A DNA stretch of 48,600 nucleotides from Candidatus Uhrbacteria bacterium (GTDB lineage Bacteria > Patescibacteriota > Patescibacteriia > UBA9934). The notes beneath the pieces were generated by a model. The model was not told where the DNA came from. It was given only the letters and a program-made list of their open reading frames with translations, and ran no database searches. This document shows, one piece after another, positions 38,445 through 46,821 of the stretch. A program made the position numbers and the translations under genes. The DNA is taken from contig DOZH01000012.1 in the NCBI GenBank assembly GCA_003518105.1, forward strand, positions 1 to 48,600, in the 5' to 3' direction. Numbering within the stretch: the first letter of the stretch is position 1; every line of letters begins with the position of its first letter.

Positions 38445-38798
38445 CTATTTTAGAGCGGCGAGGTAAACGCGGAGAGGCAAGAGGGCGCAGTCGAGGCGGC
38501 CAGAGGTGGGCTCGATGCCGAGGAGAGTTAAGAATTCTGACTCGTTCAAGCGGGGCATGGTAACCCCGCCTATTAAATGCTCGGTAAGTAAAGATGCTGC
38601 TGCTGTCGACAAGGCGCAGCCGTGGCCGTCCCATTTTACTTCGACGATGGCATCGCCCACGATTTTTAGGGAGATGGTGCAGATATCGCCGCAAGTAGGA
38701 TTGGCCTGGCGAGACGAGTGAGTGGCGTCGGCCAGAATGCCGAAGTTACGAGGGTAACGAGCGTGTTCCAGAATGTGGTCACGGTAGAGGGAGTCCAT
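38445..38798 (-). CDS. sufU: SufU/IscU-type scaffold protein
   Basis: YRDHILEH..PRN.G, NPTCGD, GCALSTAAAS, R..CALL. Confidence 0.93.
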   Translation of the reverse strand: MDSLYRDHILEHARYPRNFGILADATHSSRQANPTCGDICTISLKIVGDAIVEVKWDGHGCALSTAAASLLTEHLIGGVTMPRLNESEFLTLLGIEPTSGRLDCALLPLRVYLAALK

Positions 38799-38799
38799 A

Positions 38800-40053
38800 T
38801 TAACCGAGGTCAGAGCGGGGCGTGGTAACCCCGCTTATCTTGAGGCGGGCTGCTTTGAGGCCTTGAATGAAGCGGCTGATGTCTTCTTCCGTAGTATACA
38901 GGCCGAGGCTGGCGCGAGCGACACCGGACTCGTCGATGCTCGAGGTGAGGGGCATGGCGCAGTGATGGCCGGCACGGATAGCTACACCCTGTTCCCCGAG
39001 GAGGGTGGCGAGGTCGTGGGGGTGAAGGCCGGGGACAATGAAGGAGATGACACCGAGGCGGTCGTTCATGGTGAGGGGGCCGATGATGGTGACGTCACCG
39101 AGGGAGAGCAGGCCGACGATAAGCAGGCGGGTCATTTCTTCTTCGCGAGCAACGATATTAGCCATGTCGAGGCTCGACAAGCAACGACAAGCGGCGGCGA
39201 GGCCGATGACGCCAGGAATGTTCGGAGTGCCGGATTCGAACTTATGAGGGGCGTCTTCGTAGCTCATGGCCGACGAGGTGACTTCGCGCATCATACCGCC
39301 ACCGAGATTAGACGGAGTGAGGGTGAGGCCGAGAGATTTCTCGATGAACATGACGCCGACACCCAGCGGGCCGTACATTTTGTGCGCAGAAAAGACGACG
39401 GCATCGGCGCCCCACTCTTTGACCGACAAGGCGAGGTGCGGCACGTACTGAGCGGCGTCGACGATGACGATGGCCCCGTGTTTGTGCGCTTCGGCAACGA
39501 TGGCCGCGATGGGATTGATGGTGCCAAGAACGTTGCTAGCGGCCGTGATGACGACAATTTTTACTCGATTGCTCAGCATCAACTTGAAAGTGGCAAAGTC
39601 GAGGCGGTAGTCGGCGTCATGAGGAATGGTGGTGACCATGGCACCACGTTCGGCGGCGATTTTCTTGAATGGTAAGAGGGCGCTGTGATGCTCCATGGAG
39701 CTCATGAGAATGTTGTCTCCGGGTTGTAAGCGAGAGCCAAGCATGGCGGCGAGCATTTGGAGGGAGGCCGTACTGCCACTCGTAAACGAAACTTCGGATG
39801 GCTCGGCATCGATAAACTTGGCGACCTCGGCGCGCGCAGCTTCGTAGGCATTGGTGGCGAGCTCGGCTTCGGGGTAGAGGCCGCGGTGGACGTTGGCGCG
39901 ATAGTTTACTTCGAAGTCGACCATGGCTTCGAGGACGCTCGACGGCAGGTGCGAGGTGGCGGCATTGTCGAGATACGCTAAATTTGGCCGATTGCGGAAG
40001 ATCGGGAAGTCGCGCCTGATATCATCAATTGTACGACTGCCGAGAGTTTCCAT
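38800..40053 (-). CDS. sufS: Cysteine desulfurase SufS
   Basis: YLDNAATS, ANVHRG, EHHS, DAAQ, SAHKM, RAGHHCA; start 40053. Confidence 0.96.
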   Translation of the reverse strand: METLGSRTIDDIRRDFPIFRNRPNLAYLDNAATSHLPSSVLEAMVDFEVNYRANVHRGLYPEAELATNAYEAARAEVAKFIDAEPSEVSFTSGSTASLQMLAAMLGSRLQPGDNILMSSMEHHSALLPFKKIAAERGAMVTTIPHDADYRLDFATFKLMLSNRVKIVVITAASNVLGTINPIAAIVAEAHKHGAIVIVDAAQYVPHLALSVKEWGADAVVFSAHKMYGPLGVGVMFIEKSLGLTLTPSNLGGGMMREVTSSAMSYEDAPHKFESGTPNIPGVIGLAAACRCLSSLDMANIVAREEEMTRLLIVGLLSLGDVTIIGPLTMNDRLGVISFIVPGLHPHDLATLLGEQGVAIRAGHHCAMPLTSSIDESGVARASLGLYTTEEDISRFIQGLKAARLKISGVTTPRSDLG

Positions 40054-40055
40054 AA

Positions 40056-40766
40056 TTACGAGTTCAGAAAGGCGTCGGACAGAGTTTGCTTGCTGCCAGC
40101 GTCGTCCAAGCCACGAGATTGTAAGTAGAAGAGGGCTTGATGGTCGATATGACCGACGGTGGCTCCATGTTTGCACGAGACGTCGTCCGTGGCAACCCGG
40201 AGGACTGGTAGCAGATCGGCCTCGGCCTTGGCCCCTAGCAATAAGGCGTCGAGGCGTTCGCTGGCGACTGAACCGGCTGCGTGAGCGTCGATGATAATAG
40301 TGCCACGGGCGATGGCTTTGGCGCCGTCGGTAAGCACGAGTTTGGTGATGAGTTTGGAGGTTGATTTAGCGAGATGGGTGATTTGGGTAAAGAGATCGAG
40401 GTGACCGGAGACTTTTAAGGCAAGACGTTCGGAGTAGGTGGCATGAAGAGCAAGGTCAACGTGGTGAATAACCCTGGTGTATTCACCGACGCTGCCAGTT
40501 AGAACCATATCGAGGCTCTGTTCGGCAAGAATCGATGAGGTGACGGTGAAAAAAGTGTTCGGCAATAGAGAAAGCGTGAGGTGGCCGTGACCGGTAAGCA
40601 ATAACTCGCCTTCGCCAGATAAAGTGAGAGTTCCCTCCCCTGCTAACGTCAATGAATTATCGACGAGGCTGCCGGCGCCGGTGAAGTCGAGGTGAGGGGC
40701 AGCAAAAACTACGCCCGAGTAGTTGGCGTTGACGTTGAGGCCGTAGTTTTTAATCAGCTTTCTCAT
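40056..40766 (-). CDS. sufD: Short SufD-family protein
   Basis: LP.L.VATDDVSCKHGATVG.ID..ALFYLQSRGL; start 40766. Confidence 0.85.
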   Translation of the reverse strand: MRKLIKNYGLNVNANYSGVVFAAPHLDFTGAGSLVDNSLTLAGEGTLTLSGEGELLLTGHGHLTLSLLPNTFFTVTSSILAEQSLDMVLTGSVGEYTRVIHHVDLALHATYSERLALKVSGHLDLFTQITHLAKSTSKLITKLVLTDGAKAIARGTIIIDAHAAGSVASERLDALLLGAKAEADLLPVLRVATDDVSCKHGATVGHIDHQALFYLQSRGLDDAGSKQTLSDAFLNS

Positions 40767-40950
40767 AATTAGTTCTATTTTACGGCCAAAGCTCGGGGTG
40801 CGAAAGTTCGTCGGGTCCTGCCGCTGCGGACCCCGCTGGGTGCTCACTGGCGTTGCGCGCCCAAGCAGGGGCCTCCCTCCGCGTCACCCGACTAGAGGAG
40901 TTAGCCAGCCCCTCGCTACTTGGCCTTTTCAGGCTCGTTAATAATTTACT

Positions 40951-40978
40951 CTACCGACTACCAACTACAATCTACCAA
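40951..40978. repeat. Heptamer tandem repeat x4
   Basis: ctaccga ctaccaa ctacaat ctaccaa. Confidence 0.75.
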
Positions 40979-40983
40979 CTCCC

Positions 40984-42369
40984 CTACCCCACGCTCCCCA
41001 TCATTTCGAGGTCGATAAGACGGTTCAACTCGATGGCGTACTCGAGAGGTAATTCACGGACGATGGGTTCGAGGAAGCCGTTGACGATGAGGCGGCGGGC
41101 GGCGTCGGCGTCGAGACCACGTGAGGCGAGGTAGAAGAGTTCGGCGTCACCGATGCGGCCGGTTGAGGCTTCGTGGGCGACGGTGGAGGTTGGCGATTCG
41201 ATTTTCATGGTGGGGAGAGTGTCGGTCGAGGACAATGCATCGAGCAGCAAGGCGTCGCAGACCACACTCGAGGTGGAGTGCTTGGCGCCGGGGGTGAGGC
41301 GGACGTTGCCACGGTAGATGCTTTTGCCGCCGTCTTTGCTGACGGATTTGGAGCGGATGGTGGATGAGGTATTAGGCGCAACGTGAATCATTTTGGCGCC
41401 CGTGTCCTGCACTTGCCCGGCCCCAGCGAAGGCCACGCCCAGGAAGTCGCTCCTCGCTCCCTCGCCGCGGAGAATGCTAGCTGGATAAAGCATAGTTAGC
41501 CCGCTACCGAAGTTGCCGCTAACCCATTCCATGACGCCGCCAGCGTCGACGAGAGCTCGCTTGGTGTTGAGGTTGAAAGTGTTTTTGCTCCAGTTCTCGA
41601 TGGACGAGTAGCGCATGCGGGCCTTGGCGGCCACGAAGATTTCCACACAACCAGCGTGCAGGGATTGCACGGTAAAGCGCGGGGCGGAGCAGCCTTCGAT
41701 GTAGTGGAGTTCGGCGCCCTCGTCGACCACGATGAGGGTGTGCTCGAACTGGCCACCGTGTTTGGCGTTCATGCGGAAGTAGGCTTGCAAGGGAATGGTG
41801 ACCTTGACGCCCGGCGGCACGTAGATGAAGGTACCACCACTCCAGACGGCGGCGTGGAGCATGGCGAATTTGTGGTCGTGAATGGGTACGCAACTGGTCA
41901 TGAAGTATTTGGCGACGAGGTCTGGATAGAGGCGTACAGCGGCGTCCATGTTTTCGAAGATGACACCTTTGGCTGACCACTCGGCTTTGAGGTTGTGGTA
42001 AATGACGTCGCTGTCGTACTGAGCGCCGACGCCGGCTAGAAGTTCCTGCTCAGCTTTGGGGATGCCGAGCTTGTCGAAGGTGGAACGAATTTCCGGCGGG
42101 ACGTCGTCCCAACTCTTCTGCTCCGTGGTGTCGGGGCGGACGAAGTAGACGAGGGCGTCGAAGTCGATAATCGATAAGTCTGGGCCCCAGGTGGGCAACG
42201 GCGTCTTCAGGAAGAGGTCGAGGGCGGCGAGGCGTTTGTCGAGTAACCAGCTTGGCTCCTCTTTTTGGCGCGAAATCTCCACCACGACGTCGCGGCTCAG
42301 CCCGGGCTTGGCCTGGTATTTGGGCGTCCCCTGCTGCGCTGTGTCGAGGATTTCGCGGAGGGGTTGCAT
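40984..42369 (-). CDS. sufB: Fe-S assembly protein SufB
   Basis: GAQYDS, AVWSGGTFIYVP, GQFEHTLI, YIEGCSAP, HEASTG, LPLEYAIELNRLI. Confidence 0.98.
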   Translation of the reverse strand: MQPLREILDTAQQGTPKYQAKPGLSRDVVVEISRQKEEPSWLLDKRLAALDLFLKTPLPTWGPDLSIIDFDALVYFVRPDTTEQKSWDDVPPEIRSTFDKLGIPKAEQELLAGVGAQYDSDVIYHNLKAEWSAKGVIFENMDAAVRLYPDLVAKYFMTSCVPIHDHKFAMLHAAVWSGGTFIYVPPGVKVTIPLQAYFRMNAKHGGQFEHTLIVVDEGAELHYIEGCSAPRFTVQSLHAGCVEIFVAAKARMRYSSIENWSKNTFNLNTKRALVDAGGVMEWVSGNFGSGLTMLYPASILRGEGARSDFLGVAFAGAGQVQDTGAKMIHVAPNTSSTIRSKSVSKDGGKSIYRGNVRLTPGAKHSTSSVVCDALLLDALSSTDTLPTMKIESPTSTVAHEASTGRIGDAELFYLASRGLDADAARRLIVNGFLEPIVRELPLEYAIELNRLIDLEMMGSVG

Positions 42370-42470
42370 AATGCCGTAATCCTAGCACATCAAGAACGGT
42401 TGACCAAATAGCTAAACTAGGCTTAAATTAGCTGACCTTGGCGACCTTTTTCCCGCCGGGTGGAGCTTCA

Positions 42471-43205
42471 ATGTCAACTCGTACTTCTCTGTCCGTTCTT
42501 TTGCAGCAACGTGGCGTCAACCTCAACGCGGAGGATTTTCCGATCATCGGCCTCAGCAATCGCCTGAATATCGCGGCGTGGGTGTTCTGGCAACTGCAAC
42601 ATGGCACAGATTTGTCTCGGCTCTACTGCCTGGAGCTCGAGCTCGACGAGAAAGATCCAGTTCTCAAACAGTGTCCGACGCTAGGTGAGGAGATCAGACT
42701 GGCCATGAAGGGCAGTGATGATCACCGCATTCGTGAACATCTGGTGGACATCGCCAGGCGCGTCAACGACCGACCGGCGCTCCCCTACTTCCGTCACATC
42801 ATGTTGGACGGCAAGGATGATGGTCGCGACTACATCTGCTGGGTCAGAAACACTGGAGCTGATCGCGATCAGGCAGGCAATCGAGCACGCAACCAGGAAC
42901 TGCCGTTGGTCTGTCTCCGCCTGCCTCGTGATCGGACCAAGGCGACCCGTTTGGAGGGTAGCCTGAACGGCAAAATGACCGGGCTCGACACCAGAAGTGG
43001 CGGTGAGATGAACTACGTCTTCACCTGGGAGGACATCAGCTGGTTCCGAATTGGAGGAGATGTGCACTCTGGAAGAACAGAACAGCAAAAGTTGCTCGAG
43101 ATTTGGCGCCGCATGATCCCGGCTGAATATTCCGTGCCGCTGCACTGGTTCCGTAAAATGGTGTTTGACACCCAGATCGTCCCCTACTGCCCGCCGCTGG
43201 AGTGA
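42471..43205 (+). CDS. Orphan hypothetical protein
   Basis: Promoter TTGACC-18-TAAATT (42400-42429), GGAG SD before ATG 42471, terminator 43225-43260. Confidence 0.8.
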   Translation: MSTRTSLSVLLQQRGVNLNAEDFPIIGLSNRLNIAAWVFWQLQHGTDLSRLYCLELELDEKDPVLKQCPTLGEEIRLAMKGSDDHRIREHLVDIARRVNDRPALPYFRHIMLDGKDDGRDYICWVRNTGADRDQAGNRARNQELPLVCLRLPRDRTKATRLEGSLNGKMTGLDTRSGGEMNYVFTWEDISWFRIGGDVHSGRTEQQKLLEIWRRMIPAEYSVPLHWFRKMVFDTQIVPYCPPLE

Positions 43206-43391
43206 CACCGGCTAGGCGTGAACTAGATCGTCCAGTACCGCGTGGTGCTGGACGATTTCTATTTATGTGCAATGTTTGTAGGGCAAGGACGACGCTGAAC
43301 GTCGTCCCGGTTGTTTGAGGTTATCCACTCGATAACTAGACGTAATTGGGGGGGGTGATACACTGGGGGAAATTATTAGTGATTTTGTTTT

Positions 43392-43751
43392 ATGGAAAGA
43401 GAAGGACAGTCAGAGGTGCAGCAGTCGATCGGTGAAGGGTTGAAGAAATTTCATGATGTGATGGATGCACATGGTTATGCTGTACTTGATACTAACAATC
43501 TTGAGGTAACTGCCGATGGCGTTAAAAAATTAGCCGAACATGGTATTACGGCAAACGAAGGTGATAGATGGAGTTCATTCACTTACAACGATAATGTCTC
43601 TACTGATCATATTGGTCCAACTTTGAGAATGGCTATCAACCGAACTACTGGAGAAACTGTCGAACTTGGTGAGGACTCGGGTACCTCTGATTTGGGGGCC
43701 TTCGGTTTTCAGGGAGAGACGACTGTTTCTAAGGAATGGGAGCAGGAATAA
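43392..43751 (+). CDS. Acidic, AT-rich hypothetical protein
   Basis: ORF followed by terminator 43767-43806. Confidence 0.75.
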   Translation: MEREGQSEVQQSIGEGLKKFHDVMDAHGYAVLDTNNLEVTADGVKKLAEHGITANEGDRWSSFTYNDNVSTDHIGPTLRMAINRTTGETVELGEDSGTSDLGAFGFQGETTVSKEWEQE

Positions 43752-43846
43752 ATTTATTGGAAATGAAAAGCCGTCTAGTACCGAGAGGTGCTGAACGGTT
43801 TTTTTTATTTCGGCAATCCTAAGCCTTGGTCGACACTTAGTGTTGA

Positions 43847-44482
43847 TTATGAAGAGCAGAATGTAACTCGGTGGTGCGGCGTGAGGCCGTGGGCGTGGAT
43901 AGCGGCGAAGTGGGCGGCGGTGCCGTAGCCTTTGTGGGAGGAGAAACCGTATGCGGGATATTCGAGGGAAAGAGATGTGAGGAGGTTGTCGCGATAGACT
44001 TTGGCGAGAATGCTGGCGGCAGCTATCGATAATATTTTGGCGTCGCCGTGGATGACTGGTTGTTGGGTGGCTGAGGTGAGGGTGGGATGGTCGATAAGGT
44101 TAGGGATGGTGAATTTGCCGTCGACGAGGAGGTGACAGCTAGCTTCGGCCGGAAGCGATAAGGCGGTGACGGCGCGGCGCATGGCCAAGAGCGAGGCGTG
44201 GTGGATGTTGAGTTGGTCGACTTCCTGGGCGGAGGCTGAGGCGATGGCGAAAGTGATGGCGCAACTGCGAAGATAGGCGTCGGCCTGAAGGCGTTGACTG
44301 GCGCTGAGGGTTTTGCTATCGCGGATGATTTGGCGGGCGTCATCCTTGGGCATCGTTGACGGCAAAATGACAGCGGCGGCGACTACGGGGCCGGCCAGGC
44401 AACCCCGACCGACCTCGTCCACGCCGATAATGGAGGCAAAACCCTGGCGGCGGAGGGAGTTTTCGGTGCGGAGGGTTAGGAT
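43847..44482 (-). CDS. rnhB: Ribonuclease HII (start codon uncertain)
   Basis: IIGVDEVGRGCLAGPV, DSK.L, LLVDG, GDA..SIAAASILAKV.RD, HKGYGT..H. Confidence 0.93.
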   Translation of the reverse strand: MLTLRTENSLRRQGFASIIGVDEVGRGCLAGPVVAAAVILPSTMPKDDARQIIRDSKTLSASQRLQADAYLRSCAITFAIASASAQEVDQLNIHHASLLAMRRAVTALSLPAEASCHLLVDGKFTIPNLIDHPTLTSATQQPVIHGDAKILSIAAASILAKVYRDNLLTSLSLEYPAYGFSSHKGYGTAAHFAAIHAHGLTPHHRVTFCSS

Positions 44483-44808
44483 ATGTTCAAACCTAGTTTT
44501 TTAGCTTGATCTACGTTTGTTGAGCCGTGCATTTTTGAGTAGTAAACTAAGCCATTATCGTCGATGAAAAAACGATGAACACCACCTTTCCCGTAGAATG
44601 AACGCTCTGGGTCGCCATTCAAAACGGCATTGTAGGCTCGACCTAGTGAATGCTCATTGCTGGAAAATTCTTCTTCAGCGAGCCAGCTGTCACCCTCCAA
44701 TTCGCGTAAAGCAGCGATAGTGGTGGCGTAGTCACTAAAAATGTTGAGAGTTGGAGGCTTTTCTAATTCCTTATGTTTTTCACCCTCTGGCCCAGATTCG
44801 ATTGACAT
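44476..44808 (-). CDS. Acidic hypothetical protein
   Basis: 110-aa ORF, lower GC; its 3' end overlaps the rnhB 5' region. Confidence 0.7.
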   Translation of the reverse strand: MSIESGPEGEKHKELEKPPTLNIFSDYATTIAALRELEGDSWLAEEEFSSNEHSLGRAYNAVLNGDPERSFYGKGGVHRFFIDDNGLVYYSKMHGSTNVDQAKKLGLNIS

Positions 44809-44938
44809 ACTCTAACTGATTACGAATATGAATGAATATTACCATATAGCCGGCTTCGAGGAGAACACAAAACGCGCCCTAGCCGACGCGTTCTGTGACC
44901 GAAGTGATCAGAGAGGCGGGGCTGGGGCGAGTACGGGG

Positions 44939-45118
44939 CTAGAGGGTTGCCATGTAGAAGAAAAAGAACGTCAACACTGAGAAGACGGGAAATAGAATTC
45001 CACGCTGGCGGGAGTTTAACCCGCGACCGCGAATAGCTACAGCGACAGTCATTCCGCAGAAAAGTCCCAGAACGAGGCTGACAGACCTGAGGATGGCGGA
45101 GAAAACGGCGTGCGACAT
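44939..45118 (-). CDS. Small 59-aa two-TM membrane protein (not in ORF track)
   Basis: AAAGGAGGT 3 nt before ATG; MSHAVFSAILRSVSLVLGLFCGMTVAVAIRGRGLNSRQRGILFPVFSVLTFFFFYMATL; TG-N-TATCGT -10; terminator 44866-44895. Confidence 0.75.
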   Translation of the reverse strand: MSHAVFSAILRSVSLVLGLFCGMTVAVAIRGRGLNSRQRGILFPVFSVLTFFFFYMATL

Positions 45119-45186
45119 ACGACCTCCTTTGGTGGTTTCGGGGTGACGATAGCACGAAAAATATAGATGGGCTACACTCCCTGCAT

Positions 45187-45819
45187 ATGAAAAACTTGGC
45201 GAAGTTACTGGCGGTGCTGCAGATTACACGGGAACAGCCACAGTATGGGTACTTTTTAAGTGGGGTGAGGGCGCATGAGACGAGTAACTTGGCGGAGCAT
45301 CATTACCTGGTCAGTATGATTGCTTGGTTGTTATGTGAGAATATCAATGAAGACGAGCAGTTAGTGGATACGGATGCTGTGCTGAAGATGTGCATGCTGC
45401 ACGACTTGGGCGAGTTGTTTGGCGGAGATTTGTCCGCTCCCCTGTCGCGTAAAAAGCCTGAGATGAAGGTGCATGCCAGAGCGCTCGAGGCAATGAACTT
45501 TGGTTTTTTGACGGCTTTTTTGACACCGAAAGTGCAAGCGAAGATTACGGCGATTTATGAGAGGGCGGAAAATAAGGAGACGGATGAGGGGGTGATTGTG
45601 AAGTTTGCGGATATGATTGAATGCCAGTTCTTCCTAGATCATATTGGCAGCAAAAGTGGGCACCGGCCAGATTTTTACGCCAATCACGTAAAGGCTTTAG
45701 TCGAAAAAATCGAGAACCCTAAGGTGAAGGCCAAGATGTTATTGTTCGCGGAGGGATTTGAGAAAGATGTGTGGGGACAAGGGGCCAGGGCGGGGGACTT
45801 CATCATTGGAATCGCTTAA
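45187..45819 (+). CDS. HD-domain hydrolase (YfbR/5'-deoxynucleotidase-like)
   Basis: LAEHHY.V, LHDLGE..GD, VKFAD. Confidence 0.88.
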   Translation: MKNLAKLLAVLQITREQPQYGYFLSGVRAHETSNLAEHHYLVSMIAWLLCENINEDEQLVDTDAVLKMCMLHDLGELFGGDLSAPLSRKKPEMKVHARALEAMNFGFLTAFLTPKVQAKITAIYERAENKETDEGVIVKFADMIECQFFLDHIGSKSGHRPDFYANHVKALVEKIENPKVKAKMLLFAEGFEKDVWGQGARAGDFIIGIA

Positions 45820-45988
45820 TTTGGTCTATTTTGGGCTTGTCGCTACGCCGACTTCCTCCCGGCTAGGGCAACGGGACACGTCAACTCACGGCTCCAGTGA
45901 GTCTCGAAAGCTCGGCTTGCTCCGCACCCAAACTAGTCTCAAATTAACCAATTCCAAAGTAATACACTCTGTGATATTGTTGGCTTAT

Positions 45989-46210
45989 ATGAACACTCAA
46001 GTAAAAGACTTGCCGCGAGCGTCGACCATGCCTAATCTTATTGATTTATGGCGTGATTTAGTGCAGACAGTTAAAAACTGGCGGCAAGATAGAGCGTTTG
46101 CGGCGCTCGATTTTCATGAGATGAGGGAGGATGAGATTACAGATGAGATTCGCGAGGCTATTGAGGAGGCGAGAAAAGCGCCGCGAGAGGACCTTATTAA
46201 TATCCAGTAG
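45989..46210 (+). CDS. Putative antitoxin
   Basis: 73 aa with acidic C-terminus, immediately upstream of a RelE-like gene. Confidence 0.65.
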   Translation: MNTQVKDLPRASTMPNLIDLWRDLVQTVKNWRQDRAFAALDFHEMREDEITDEIREAIEEARKAPREDLINIQ

Positions 46211-46211
46211 T

Positions 46212-46460
46212 GTGCCGAGAATTACCGCCGTTATTGAAAAGAAGCATATACTCCCCTATTTGGAAGCCCGAGGATTGAAGGATCAGTACATTAAGGCCAA
46301 AAACTATCTGTTGGCCGGCGATACGAAAAGTGTCTTCTTTAAGGAGCTGGAGCCACAGCACTCAAATACCTGGTATTTCAGAATCAATAAGCAATTTAGG
46401 GCTATTTGTTTCTTTGATGGCAACGATTTAATTGTGGCCAAAATTGATAATCATCAATAA
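46212..46460 (+). CDS. RelE/YoeB-like toxin
   Basis: FKELEP....WYFRINKQFRAIC..IDNHQ; GTG start 1 nt after the partner stop. Confidence 0.75.
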   Translation: MPRITAVIEKKHILPYLEARGLKDQYIKAKNYLLAGDTKSVFFKELEPQHSNTWYFRINKQFRAICFFDGNDLIVAKIDNHQ

Positions 46461-46480
46461 TGGTGGGAACTGGGTGATTA

Positions 46481-46509
46481 TTGACTAAAAACGCCTGACG
46501 GTCTATTAT
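46481..46509 (+). promoter_or_regulatory. tRNA operon promoter
   Basis: TTGACT-17-TATTAT. Confidence 0.7.
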
Positions 46510-46531
46510 TACCCCGCTTAGAGATACAAAT

Positions 46532-46608
46532 GGGTGTGTAGCTCAGTTGGTTAGAGCGTTTCTCTGATAAGGAAGAGGTCGATGGTTCGAATCCATCCAC
46601 ACCCACCA
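46532..46608 (+). tRNA. tRNA-Ile(GAT)
   Basis: GGGTGTG/CACACCC acceptor, CT-GAT-AA loop, TTCGAAT, CCA. Confidence 0.98.
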
Positions 46609-46615
46609 GAAAAGA

Positions 46616-46690
46616 GCCTGGGTAGCTCAGTGGTAGAGCAAGGGTCTGAAGAACCCTGTGTCGTCAGTTCGATCCTGACCCCAGGCACCA
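46616..46690 (+). tRNA. tRNA-Phe(GAA)
   Basis: GCCTGGG/CCCAGGC acceptor, CT-GAA-GA loop, CCA. Confidence 0.98.
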
Positions 46691-46714
46691 GAGGGTTAAC
46701 AAAGCAAAAAATTT

Positions 46715-46790
46715 CGGGCTATAGCGCAGTTGGTAGCGCGCCTGGTTTGGGACCAGGAGGCCGAGGGTTCAAATCCCTCTGGCCCGACCA
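46715..46790 (+). tRNA. tRNA-Pro(TGG)
   Basis: CGGGCTA/TGGCCCG acceptor, TT-TGG-GA loop, CCA. Confidence 0.98.
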
Positions 46791-46821
46791 AAAAAACTTC
46801 AGCTTCGGCTGAGGTTTTTTT
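46791..46821 (+). terminator. tRNA operon terminator
   Basis: cttcagc-ttcg-gctgagg followed by T7. Confidence 0.9.

Noticed and set aside
38863-39675. 270-aa plus-strand ORF
   Set aside because: Antisense shadow of sufS.
44820-45155. 111-aa minus ORF, or an RNase P/tmRNA-like RNA in this gap
   Set aside because: A different frame has the SD and a sensible membrane peptide. No RNase P or tmRNA signature sequences seen.
46582-46812. 76-aa ORF
   Set aside because: Overlaps three tRNA genes.
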